From Marsupella aquatica (taxonomy: Eukaryota > Plantae > Marchantiophyta), in contig OZ316891.1 in assembly GCA_973895155.1 (NCBI GenBank), forward strand, positions 10,169,875 through 10,233,874: a stretch of DNA of 64,000 bases, given 5' to 3'. Both the position numbers and the translations under genes were made by a program. Within the stretch, counting starts at the first letter, position 1. Every line of letters starts with the position of its first letter. The notes beneath the pieces were generated by a model. It did not search any database, had not been told where the DNA came from, and worked only from the letters and a program-made list of their open reading frames with translations. Below are positions 36,759 to 48,547 of this stretch, piece by piece.

Positions 36759-38576
36759 AAACCAAAAAAAAAGTAAAGAGAGGTATCCGTCCTTGTTTTC
36801 TGGGCAATAGACAAGTACATTAAATTGAATATATAAGTCAATGTACCTTAGGGGTATAATATTTGTGATTGAAAAAGAAACACTCTATTCTTGTATTCTA
36901 TTTTTAGACTTTAGTTTGAGAGGAGGCTCTCTATTTAGGTGAACATTGGAAAACTTTTGACCAATGGATATACAACGTTTGGATTGTGTCTATCTTGAGC
37001 CTGGTGAATTGAACCTTGTCACCTTATAATAAAGAATATCAAACAAACACTTATTAAGGAAAAAACAAAATTTTAGTATATGAATATATATTTCTAGCAT
37101 ATCTAATAAAAACTAAGTACTTGAAAAATTACAAGGGTAGGAGAAATAGCTAAATTTATAAAAGTGAAAGCATACACTAGACCATATGTATATAACATCA
37201 CATAGCCATCTCTTCTAATAAGACAAGATAGAGAGAAGGTGTACTGCCATAGATACCCTAAACCCTAAACTTCCGTAATTCTCATAAAAGTTACATAAGG
37301 TCATTAGCGCCTGTGCCAAGCCCCTCAATTGAATTTGTAGGTGGGAAAGAACTATCGTTAGGGACCCCATGGGAAGTAGTTCCTCCCAAAATTCCTGGAT
37401 GCATGTGCAATCACGTCAGCATGATTTGTCACAAACAAGAACATTATGCAAAAATAACCAAATCTAATTATTTGTGTTTAAGACAAGGCAATAAAAAAGC
37501 TAACACCCTGTAACTATAAAACTAATGGAAAACTGAAAAGTAATATTTCAATTAAAAATGAGGAAAATAAAGTGAACAAAAAAAAAGTAAAAATATGGGT
37601 GAAAGAATATGTTCAATGGATGAGTTGTGATTATCTGTAGTTTCTGGTAATCTATTTCAATTTTCTATTTAACTTACACATTTTTGAATTAATGACAAGT
37701 ATAAAGAAACTCTTCAACTACTCTAACATTTACCAAAGTAGGATAAGAAACCCGAGAAACTTTTCAACTTCTCTAACATTTGCCAAAATAAGTTAAGAAA
37801 GTCTTTGGCTACTATGGTCTTTAATGAAATTTGCCTACTACCTTTAAAATTCACTTCATTTAGAATCCTCCATTTAGTCTTTATCCTCTCGTCTATTTAT
37901 CCAAAGTGCAACTCTTCATGGTGCCAAACAGTTCAATAAAATAAGTTTACATAACCAAGGGGTCCTCAACTAATTTTATATGGTGTACTTTTCATATAAC
38001 TTGTCATTACATTGTGTTCTTTTCATAATTTATTAGTGACTATTAGCCTTTATGAGCGCTTCGAAGCATACCACGTCAAAATTTATGGAAATGGTTTGGA
38101 GCCCAAAAAAATAAAACGTGTTGTTATTAGAAGGCACAGAAGGTCCAAAAAAACTAATGAGGAGAATAAAAGTCATTGTAAGGGTAAAAAGTTCCAAACT
38201 TTTTGTGCCCTGTCATTTTGCCTCTATGGCAACTGATATACTTGGACTTCACTGATAACTTTTGATGTAATCATACTCCTAATGAGTGTCCTCCATAAAT
38301 GCTCTGAAAATGACAAAGTGAAAAATCACAAAAGGGATAAGTATATAGTAATTTACAAGGTATAGTGGGATATAATGGCCCAAAAACAAGCTTTATTTTT
38401 GGGTATTATAATCTCCCATTATGTTCCGATAACAAGATACATTTAAAGACCTAAGAAATTTTTATTTTTGCTAATTTTAGTAGTAGAGGAGAATGTTTCA
38501 GAATGATGCCAACAGGACACATGTGTAGGCCAGAGTTGTGAGCATTTTGCCTTGCCTGGAAACCCTAGATTCAGAA

Positions 38577-38754
38577 TTGATCTGGTATTCTTTAATGCTG
38601 TTTACAGAGGTGTGCCTAGTTCTGCTGCCATGTGGGATGCCCCTGGGGTGCAGGAGAGAAAACCTTACTCAGATTTGATCTGGTATTCTTTGATGCTGTT
38701 TATAGAGGTGTTACGCCTAGTTGTGCTGCCATGTGGGACACCCCTGGGGTGCAG
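38577..38754. repeat. Two ~97-bp-period direct repeats
   Basis: TTGATCTGGTATTCTTT.ATGCTGTTTA.AGAGGTGT..CCTAGTT.TGCTGCCATGTGGGA..CCCCTGGGGTGCAG twice. Confidence 0.85.
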
Positions 38755-39173
38755 AGGAGATGTTCCTGGATTGTTCTCCTTTGAAGTTTTTGAACTCTTC
38801 AATTTCAAGCAGATCTTAAGTTCTCTCATTTACACAAGCAACATATGTGGTTGATGTTCTTTAAAAGTTGCTGATCATAAAATCCAAGTGCGGTGAGACT
38901 CGGTTTTAGTTGGGTTAATTGTGGAAGGGTTAAGTACTAACCTTGGGTTTAGCTGGGTTAGTTCTACTAGGGGTCAGTACACTAGGCTAATTTGACTAGG
39001 GTTATTAGGCTTTGTAGTGTATTTAAATCTGTGCTGACCAAAACCCCAGTAAAAATCCTAAGTAAACGTAAACTCTACTATAATTAATTATGTGGTGGAC
39101 TAAATTCTAGTGTATTTAACCGCAGTGGAGGTAAACCAGTATGATAATAGAGAAGGCGGCTTGAATTCCTTGA

Positions 39174-39594
39174 TGTTGAGCATAGACGACGATCGCAACG
39201 GCAAGCCCATGAACCATCCAACGCACAATAGTCGACACAAGAGATACGTGGTTCACCTCCTTGAGGCTACGTCCACGGGAACACACAAGAGAGCTTTACT
39301 GAACTCTAAGCCCATCAGCTATACCGAGTCTCCACAGTGTAAGCTCTCCCTATCTCTCAAGTGGCTCCATACCAATGAGCCTTGGTTCTACCTCTCCAAG
39401 CACACATGCCTCTTATGATATAGTGTGCAACTTAGTTGTACCTAACCACATAGTTGTACCTAATCACGTAGTTGTACCTAACCACATAGTTGTACCTAAT
39501 CACGTAGTTGTACCTAACCACGTAGTTGTACCAACCCACGTTGTTGTACCAACCACGTCATACCTAACCTAGACGTAAGAGTAAATACCCAACA
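39174..39594 (-). repeat. 3' LTR of the copia element
   Basis: Identical by eye to 45250-45670 and adjacent to the PPT. Confidence 0.97.
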
Positions 39595-39784
39595 ATCTTC
39601 CCCTTGACTCTGGTCTAGGGGAGAGTAATACTGCCAATGTATATGATCCCTCAGCGGGAAGTTCTGGACAAAAACCAAACTGGTTTCCCTCTCTAACTAG
39701 AGCAAACCAGAACTAAGCCGTAGCCTAATACATAGGAATGAGGAAGAGCATATATCAGTAATTACAATGAATGTTAAGAAAACT

Positions 39785-42700
39785 CTACTTGTGATGCAAT
39801 TGCAAAACCTGCAATACGTCACGGTGTCTAGAGAAACTCTCCAAAGGAATCACTTTGGTAAATGCGTCAGCCGGGTTGAGTTTACCATCAATCTTGACTA
39901 GCTCAAACAAATTATCAGACACAGCCTGCCTGATAAAATGGTACCTGACATCAATGTGCTTCACTCTGCTGTCCATCACCTGGTTCATAGCAAGGTGGAG
40001 CGCACTTTGACTATCACAATGGAGCTTCACATTCCCCTGTGGCAATCCCATTTCAGTGATAAGTCTATCCAACCAAATTGCTTCCTTTGCTGCTTCCGCA
40101 GCTGCAACATACTCCGCTTCTGTAGTAGACTGAGCAATACACTTCTGCAAAGTAGACCTCCAACTTATGCATCCACCGCCAAGTGTGAACACGTATCCTG
40201 TTGTTGATCTCATTCGGTCCAAATCTTGTCCATAGTCAGAATCAACATAGCCAATCAATGATTTAGCATTCTTTGCATTCGCATCAAATAAAAGACCATG
40301 ATCCACGGTACCCTTCAAGTACCTGATAATCCACTTCACTGCTTCCCAGTGTACCTTCCCTGGATTTGACATGTATCTGCTTACCTTGCCCATAGCCATG
40401 GCAAGATCAGGTCTAGTGCAAGTCATCAAATACATGAGACTCCCCACTGCCTTGTCATACGGAACCTTTGACATCAACCCCTTCTCTGTGTCATCCGTAG
40501 GACAGAACGCTGATGATAACTTGAAGTGTGGAGCCAACGGGGTACTTACTGGCTTGCTATTCCCCATGTTGAACCTTGCAATTACCTTCCTCGCATAACT
40601 GCTCTGCGTCAACCATAGCTTGCCAGCCTCCAAGTCCCTAGTGATCTCCATACCCAAAATCCTCTTAGCTGGCCCTAAGTCCTTCATCTTAAACTCTGCA
40701 CTAAGCAGTGCCTTGAGCTTAACAATCTCAGACCTATCCTTGGCTGCAATTAGCATATCATCCACATAAAGTACTAAAACAATGAACCCAAATACAATAT
40801 TCTTTACCGATTTCAAATACACACAAGGGTCAAATACACTTCTGTGAAAACCTTGTGACCGAATCCAATCGTCAAACTGCTTGTTCCACTGTCTTGGTGA
40901 CTGCTTCAACCCATACAAGGATTTCAGCAATCTGCAAACCAATTCCTCCTGTCCTCTCTTCACAAAACCTAGCGGTTGTCTCATGAAGATCACCTCTTCC
41001 AATGTGCCATAGAGGAAAGCTGTGACAACATCCATCTGATCTAGCAGCAGACCAAACATTACAACAAGTACACACAATAGTCGTATTGTAGAGTACTTAG
41101 CAACTGGTGAGAAGACCTCATTGTAATCCACACCTTTCTCTTGTGTGAATCCCTTTGCTACCAACCTAGCCTTGTAGACCTTCGATCCACCTCCTATGGA
41201 ATTATCCTTCAGCTTGTAAATCCACTTGCTGTCCACCACTTGCTGACCCTTAGGCAGCTTAACAAGCTCCCAAGTTTTGTTGTCCTTTAGTGACTGCATC
41301 TCCGTTTGCATTGCTGCAGTCCACTTCTACTTCTCCTTTTGAAGCACTTGCCTCATGAAATGAAGAAGGTTCCCCTTCTTCCAAAATTAACGCATCACCC
41401 TCATCATCAGTTGCAAAATCATTTTCTTGCAGTTGAGATGAATCAACCCACTGTCCATACCTTGGTGGAGCACGTATAGTGCGACCAGATGTTCTTCTAG
41501 CCGATGACTTCGGTTGATCTGCGTGTGCTGATACAATTTGAAGCTCAACAGCATCCACTTGCTGCTCACCAGCATCAACAAACTCCTCTGGTTCCTCTGG
41601 CACAAGAACCAGCTCCATAATTGGAGTAACTCCTTCTCTCCGGTCATGCACCTCATAACCAATCTCCCCCTCAACGAGATCCGGGATAGGAGATTTTCCT
41701 TTGTCAGTACGGGAGACCTGAGTATTCTCCCCCTCCTTCAATAATCTGGATTCATTGAAGGAAACATCCCTACTGACAACAAGCTTACAGGCAATAGGAT
41801 CCCATAGCCTATAGGCTTTCACACCACTCTGGTACCCAAGAAAAACACATTTCTTGGAGGTAGGATCCAACTTGGTCCTATTCTGCTTCGGTGTGAGAGC
41901 ATATGCATCACTTCCAAAAACTACCAAGCCATGATAGTCTGCTTGCCGCTTATAGCGCATCTCAAATGGTGTTTTGAAATTGATAGCACTAGAAGGAGAA
42001 AGATTTACCAAATAAGCTACGGTATTGATAGCTTCTGCCCAAAATTCTTGTGGTAAACCTGATTGGCTCAACATACTCCGTGACCGCTCCAACAGTGTCC
42101 GATTGAGCCTCTCAGCGACACCATTCTACTGCGGAGTATAAACTGTGGTGAGATGGCGAGTTATCCCCTGTTCTGAACAGTACTCTTCAAATTCCATTGA
42201 AGTGTACTCCCCGTCGTTGTCTGACCTCAGACTCTTCACCCTTGTATCCAAACACTTGATCGTGTTTCCAGTCTGATTCTCCACCTGGGCCTTCCACTTC
42301 TTAAAAATGGACAAGACATCAGACTTATGCGTCATGAAATAAATCCACACAAATCTTGAGTAATCATCAATAAATGATACATAGTACAACTTTCCAGAGT
42401 GTGAGGGAGTCGAGGATGGACCCCACACGTCACTATGTATGTACTCAAGAACCGCTTTGGAACGATGAGTTCCAACACCAAAAGCACGATGATGCTGCTT
42501 TCCAAGAATGCAATGCTCACAAAACTCTAATTTACAAGATTGCAAATCAGAAATGAGTCCATTCTTCCGTAAGATAGCCAAACCCTTCTCACTCATGTGG
42601 CCTAGCCGTGAATGCCACAGTTGAGTCATCTCCTCGTGAGACTTGGTTACATTGGCCTCTCCACATACAGTATTGCCCTGTAACACATACAAATTCTTTT

Positions 42701-43058
42701 GTCTACTCCCCTTCAAAATCACTGTCTCTCCCGACCTGACTTGAAGTTCACCATCAATAACGCTCCATTGATGACCATTTGAATCCAACACACCGAGTGA
42801 AATCAGATTCTTACGCATGCCAGGTACATACCTGACTCCGGACACTGTGCGCACAGCGCCATCAAACATTTGAATCTTCACAGACCCAATTCCCTCAATT
42901 TGACAGGAGTGATCATTTCCCATCAGAACTGAACCGTTTGAAATAGAGTAAGAACTGAAAAACTCACGAATGTAACAAATATGAAAAGAGCAAGCACAAT
43001 CAAGAATCCACACATCATCTGCTCTCCTAGATGACGTGCACAGGGCATACCCCCGGCT
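39785..43058 (-). pseudogene. pol: Copia pol (protease, GAG-pre-integrase, integrase, RT, RNase H), disrupted
   Basis: Motifs WILDCACSFHIC, LWHSRLGH..CEHC, HSDVWGP/FIDDYSR/SDNDGEY, YKARLVAKG, LYGLKQSPRQW, LYVDDML, YVDSDY, STTEAEY. Lesions: TAG in PQ*NGVAER (42128-42126), and a frameshift plus TAG near 41340-41325. Confidence 0.95.
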
Positions 43059-44099
43059 TCATAAAACATACTCATCATTGAGTAAATCAGCTTCTCCATC
43101 AGCCCTAGCCACATTTGCCGATGAAGTTTCCGCTGCCTTTCCCTTACAGTCTCGCTTGAAGTGTCCAACTTGGTTGCACTTCCAACATGTCACCTGCCTC
43201 CTCTGAGGGGATTTACCCTTGGACTTAGATCTGGATTTAGATCTAAACTGGGTTCTACGGTCCCCAGTTGGTCGCTGCATACCCCTCCCACGGTTAACAT
43301 TGAGGGCAGCACCAGATGATGAAGGCTGTGATGTGATGTGCATCTTCTGCTGAAGATCATCACTAAGCAGAGAACTTACCACGTCATTATATGAAATGGT
43401 ATCCCTATCACGATGCAACAACACTCGTGATAGGGACTGGTAAGATGGAGGCAATGAACTAAGAAGCTGCAGAGCCTTTGTCTCATCATTCAAAGTCTCC
43501 CCAAGGTTTTCCAAGTCAACGACCATGTCGTTGAAAGCATCCACATGGTCTTGCAACTTTGTGTCGGATTCCTTCATCCTGAAACTCATGAGTTTGTAGG
43601 AAGTGTAGAGCCGGTTCAACAACTCCTTGCGGTGATACTTGCTCTGCAATTCCGCAAACAAGGACATGCAATCCTTATGTGCACCCAACTGCTTGATGAT
43701 GGGAGGCATGAGATAGAGTGTAACACACCACACTCCCTGCTCCTGCATGCGGTCCCATTGTTTCTCATCAACATCGTCTTCACGAGGGCTCAGCAGTTGG
43801 CCCATCCCTGACGCATAGAGCACTCCCTTCACCTGCTTCTCCCATAGCAAGTAGTCAGAGCGCCCATCATACTTTGTCACTTCATACTTGGGTCCCCCAA
43901 GCTTGAAAGTCCCCATCTTCTTCTTTGGCACTACCGTGAGCTCCGGTAGTAGTACTGCTTCCTCCACCACACGCCGCACCGGTGATGGTATCGGTGTCAC
44001 GTGCTCTTCCTCCTGCTCCTCTCTCTGCCCCTGAAACCGCCGCGGTGATTCTCGTGCTTCAAGTTCCACGTCTTCGAAAAATTCCTCCGAATCACTCAT
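43059..44099 (-). CDS. gag: Copia Gag (UBN2-type, CCHC zinc knuckle), intact 346-aa ORF
   Basis: KYDGRSDYLLWEKQVKGVL, LQDHVDAFNDMVVDLENLG, KALQLLSSLPPSY and CWKCNQVGHFKRDC. Confidence 0.93.
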   Translation of the reverse strand: MSDSEEFFEDVELEARESPRRFQGQREEQEEEHVTPIPSPVRRVVEEAVLLPELTVVPKKKMGTFKLGGPKYEVTKYDGRSDYLLWEKQVKGVLYASGMGQLLSPREDDVDEKQWDRMQEQGVWCVTLYLMPPIIKQLGAHKDCMSLFAELQSKYHRKELLNRLYTSYKLMSFRMKESDTKLQDHVDAFNDMVVDLENLGETLNDETKALQLLSSLPPSYQSLSRVLLHRDRDTISYNDVVSSLLSDDLQQKMHITSQPSSSGAALNVNRGRGMQRPTGDRRTQFRSKSRSKSKGKSPQRRQVTCWKCNQVGHFKRDCKGKAAETSSANVARADGEADLLNDEYVL

Positions 44100-45249
44100 A
44101 TGAGAAAATCACAAAAATTGTTGTTTTTCACAACTTCTCAAAAACTTGAAACTCAACACCGCCGCGTAGCCCACAAAGCTAGGAGTCCAATACTGAAAAC
44201 CGAAATCAAAATCGAAATTTGACGGAAAAGTTATTCAAATTTTGGTCGAGGTGGGTAAAACCTTGGGAAACTCCCCCGTTTTGACCACCTCAGGGAATAA
44301 CCGAAATACCAAGTACAACCCGTTGTCGGAATTACGATGTGATTGGTGCGCCGCGTTGCCAACTTCAATGGCTACGACCTCGCCAAAAAATAACCAAAAA
44401 AGTTACCGTTCAACGGATGAAATCTTTGTCGGACGGTCAAAAAATAGCTCTATGGTTTTTTGGAATATTCTATGACCCTTGTACAGGCCCTGTGGGAATT
44501 TTGGAAGAACAATCGAGGGGCTGACACGTGTCCTCGAACCCCCAAAACCCCCTACCACCCTTCGTCGTCGAAATCTGGTCGCGCGCGCAGAAAATACACA
44601 CGGCAGAATGTACCCCTCGACACCAAACGCAAGATATCTCACTCGGGTTTTGACGAAATCAAGATCTGATTTCAGATTTAGAAACTAGACTTCGAGGCGG
44701 TGAAGATCGATATAAGAAGCACCCAAAACGAGGAAAGAACGAGGGAGAAAAAAATTGGTAAAGATGACAGATTTCTCTCAATTGCCATAGCCAATTTCGA
44801 ATCAGTTTTTCAAAGAGAAAAAATGGTACCTTGTCAACAACGAATGTTGATCAATTGCACTTGGTGCCGTCACCAATCCAACAAGGTAATTGATTTTGCT
44901 TAGCCTTCCTCTTTGCATCAAAGAGCCAATCCCGGACTCAAAACAATCGTCTTGCCTCAATCTCTCCATTGAGTCAAAACACTTGACGCTTCTCCCTCCG
45001 AGTCGATTGTCAACTTTCTTCACAAAATCCAGAACGACAAAAACTTAGATCTCTCTGCACCACGAGCTCCGTTCAGCGATTTCTTCACACCGTTAGAAAG
45101 CTCTTGCCCCGATCTATCCGTTGAGCCCATAAACTCCAAGTTCCATGTGACGGAACTTCGGGAAATCCACCGACACTCAACGCTGGAAAAACCGTAATGA
45201 AATCCCGTCACGAACACACGTCACCTTCCAAGCATGCTCTGATACCAAT

Positions 45250-45670
45250 TGTTGAGCATAGACGACGATCGCAACGGCAAGCCCATGAACCATCCAACGC
45301 ACAATAGTCGACACAAGAGATACGTGGTTCACCTCCTTGAGGCTACGTCCACGGGAACACACAAGAGAGCTTTACTGAACTCTAAGCCCATCAGCTATAC
45401 CGAGTCTCCACAGTGTAAGCTCTCCCTATCTCTCAAGTGGCTCCATACCAATGAGCCTTGGTTCTACCTCTCCAAGCACACATGCCTCTTATGATATAGT
45501 GTGCAACTTAGTTGTACCTAACCACATAGTTGTACCTAATCACGTAGTTGTACCTAACCACATAGTTGTACCTAATCACGTAGTTGTACCTAACCACGTA
45601 GTTGTACCAACCCACGTTGTTGTACCAACCACGTCATACCTAACCTAGACGTAAGAGTAAATACCCAACA
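45250..45670 (-). repeat. 5' LTR of the copia element with an 18-bp tandem array in U3
   Basis: Adjacent to the PBS; about 7 copies of TAGTTGTACCTAAYCACR at ~45509-45633. Confidence 0.97.
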
Positions 45671-45780
45671 CTTGACACCGCCTCCCCCTTGCCTATTACA
45701 AATGCCCTCTCTTTAGTATGTACACTGTATTTTGTAGAATCATATGTGCTGAATCATATATGCTGAATCATATGTTCACA

Positions 45781-45975
45781 ACAGCTTTTGATTACTTTGC
45801 CACTAAAGATGTTCTAATTCATAATACTGCCACTGTTTTTTCTGTATTTACAAAAATGTCACTATTTTGTATACGGATAACAAGTTTACCAAGGTAACTA
45901 GGGAAACTATATACGGAAACCGTGGCAGTATTGTAAATTCAAACATCTTTAGTGACAATATAGTTAAAAAGTTGA
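45781..45975. mobile_element. MITE-like element (copy 2, inverted relative to 6924-7123)
   Basis: ACAGCTTTTGATTACTTTGCCACTAAAGATGTTCTAATT ... GAAACCGTGGCAGTATTGTAAATTCAAACATCTTTAGTGACAA; it shares both arms and internal words with copy 1. Confidence 0.7.
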
Positions 45976-47417
45976 TGCGCACAAATCGTATGCACAGAAA
46001 AACAATTTGAAGGCATTTTCTGGCCCCCACCACAAAACTTCTGTCCCTCTCCAAAACAATTTAGAATGCAAGTTTGAAAAATTCAAGTATTTGATATAAA
46101 AAAACTCATTATCAAAGTATACATTGTTTTTAAAGTTCAAAATTAATTATGACTTTATTGTGCTATATTTGGAAAGGGTAACAGTATCAATTTTCCACGA
46201 GGGCATGCACTAACATGATGGTCCCTATGATAAGCTAATAATACTTAATAGGAGCCTGATAGCTGTCTTGGTTCACAAAATAACACTTTCAAGCTCCCAC
46301 CATCAGACTGCAGAATATCAAAGTATGACTTGTTTCTCTGGTTGGTTCTGATGCTCAGTCAAAAGACGTGTTCCCTACCTATTTAGATCAAACAGTAAAA
46401 TTTTCAAGGCATTTCACCTGATATAATTTTTCTTGGGCTTCTTTCTGATTTCACATAATGTTTGCAACATCACATTTCTGGGCTGGACTTCAGAATTGTT
46501 TTAGTGTTGTCTACTATCTGCTAACTTAATTACTACCAAGGCAGGTGTTGTCATAAATGGAATTTATAGTGAACCGTAAGTCTAAGCAGGCTCCCACGAA
46601 TTCACCGCCAACCAGCACTCATCCATGGAATGCACCATAGTTACTATGATTGCACAGGATATCATTCATGCACTTCTCCATGGCCTGCACTATTTAATAA
46701 AGTGTATGGGAAATCACTTATGCACTTCCCCAATATGTTGTCACTTATGGTGGACTCCTCACTCAAAAGTTTCCCCTTTGCCATTGGTCAGGTTTTACTC
46801 ACTTTCTGGTTACAGGGATACAGGCTAGTAACCCTAGATGAGATTGCCATTAGCCTACACATAAATTGGTAAGGAAGATAGTTTCCAGGTGGGTAAACCA
46901 TTTTTGGAGGTCCCTCCAAATCTATGTCCATAATCTTCTCCCCATAAAGTCATGAAAGCTAACTATTTTTGGACCATATTTATGTATTGTAATGACGGTG
47001 CTATTTCCAGAATGTTTGGCCGAGAAGGTCATTATAGTTAACTATTTCCTGGACCATATTTATGTACTATATTGACAGTCTGGGCTGGGTTCTAGAATGA
47101 ACACTTCCACCACAATGCTCAGAAAAGATGATTGTCATTATCCTATGTGTAAGGAGTATAGTGCAGCGTGTATTAGTGCTAGGACAGTGCAGGTCAATCA
47201 TTTTTTTGTGGGCAAAAATTAGCAAATACTTACCTAAAAAGCAGGTAGGCTAATGATATTCAGGCTCAAATTTAAAAAATTAAGTTTCATTAGCCACCAC
47301 CTAATGCACTATGGGGGAGTGTTAGCCAGGGAATATTCTACAATAGTAAAAAAGTACTTGTGATTGAAGAAAATATTCCTTAACCAGACCTGTGCGTGTC
47401 TGTAGGGTAAAATAGTA

Positions 47418-47820
47418 GCCACCTTGGCTATGTCTAAAAACAAGAAAAAAATGGCCGGTGCAGGCCAACCAACCACGTGGTCTCTTAATATTACAAGGAT
47501 TTTCTTTCTAAATACAACCCCAAAAATGCCACCTTGGCTAATGTTTAAAAATAAGAAACAAATGCCTGATGCAGGCCAACGAACCACGTGGTCCCCTAAT
47601 ATTACAAGTATTTTCTTTCTAAATACAACCCAATGGCTCCCCTAATATTACGAGCATTTCCTTTCTAAATACAACCCCCAAAAAAGGCAATCTGCATAAG
47701 TGTAGGTCCTAATATTACAAGTATTTTCTTTCTAAATACAATCCAATGGCTCCCCTAATATTACGAGCATTTCCTTTCTAAATACAACCCCCAAAAAAGG
47801 CAATTTGCACAAGTGTAGGT
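47418..47820. repeat. Nested tandem repeats upstream of ACP
   Basis: Recurrent CCTAATATTAC.AG.ATTT..TTTCTAAATACAACCC; two ~110-bp units each containing CCACGTGG, followed by two further ~115-bp units. Confidence 0.85.
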
Positions 47821-48547
47821 GGGCCTCAGTAAACCGCCTCAGTAAACAACAAAATTATGGTACAATGAAAGCCAGTAAGCTTTTTGGAGAATGATGCTCT
47901 ATTAAGTGGAGGAGAACGATGCTCTAAGTGACTAATAAGTGAGTAAAGTGGAGAGTGAGAGGAGTTCGTTCCCAGAAAAGTACCGGTGCGTTAGTTGGGG
48001 GTGGGGCGTGGCCGTGCGCCTCGGAAGCTCCGTGACGGCGAACGGGGAAGCGCTCAATGACAGCAACGGGGACGAGAGAGGTCTAGAGGGCAACAGTGTG
48101 GTGGTGGTGGTGGTGGTGGGCACAGAATTCTTCGATCGATTTTTCCGAGACTTCGCGTGATGTTATGATCGCCGCCCCTCGCTGCTCCTCGCTTCTCCTC
48201 GTTTGTACCGATCCTGCATGCCCCGGCGTTATAACCTCGCCGATGCGAATGCTGCAAACCACTGAGGTCCCATTGTCCCATCGCATTTCCAGTTCCGAGT
48301 GAGTGAGTGAGTGAGTGATTCAGTGAGCGCAGTAGTCCTTCTTGTTTGAGTTCATCATCCATTTCGGCCCCTCTCCTGTTGCTCTGTGGTCTGCTGCTTC
48401 TCACACTAGCATACACGCACGCACGCACGCACGTACTCCGAGCTCATCCATCACTCGGCAAGAACATTGCATCGGAGGGCCCGCCACTCTTCTCTCGTCT
48501 GCCTCTCGGTGCAAATCGAATTTTCGGACTTCAATTGTGAAGCTGAG

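Larger units (their letters stand above)
39174..45670 (-). mobile_element. Full-length Ty1/copia LTR retrotransposon (Tork/Tnt1-like), coding-defective
   Basis: 421-bp LTRs at 39174-39594 and 45250-45670 (TGTTG..CAACA). 5-bp TSD CTTGA at 39169-39173 and 45671-45675. PBS TGGTATCAGAGC at 45247-45236; PPT AAGGGGAAGAT at 39605-39595. Domain order gag-PR-INT-RT-RNaseH. Confidence 0.98.

Noticed and set aside
39110-39572. ORFs including (VVPNHI/V)n, repeated at 45249-45648
   Set aside because: They are translations of the LTR and its 18-bp array.
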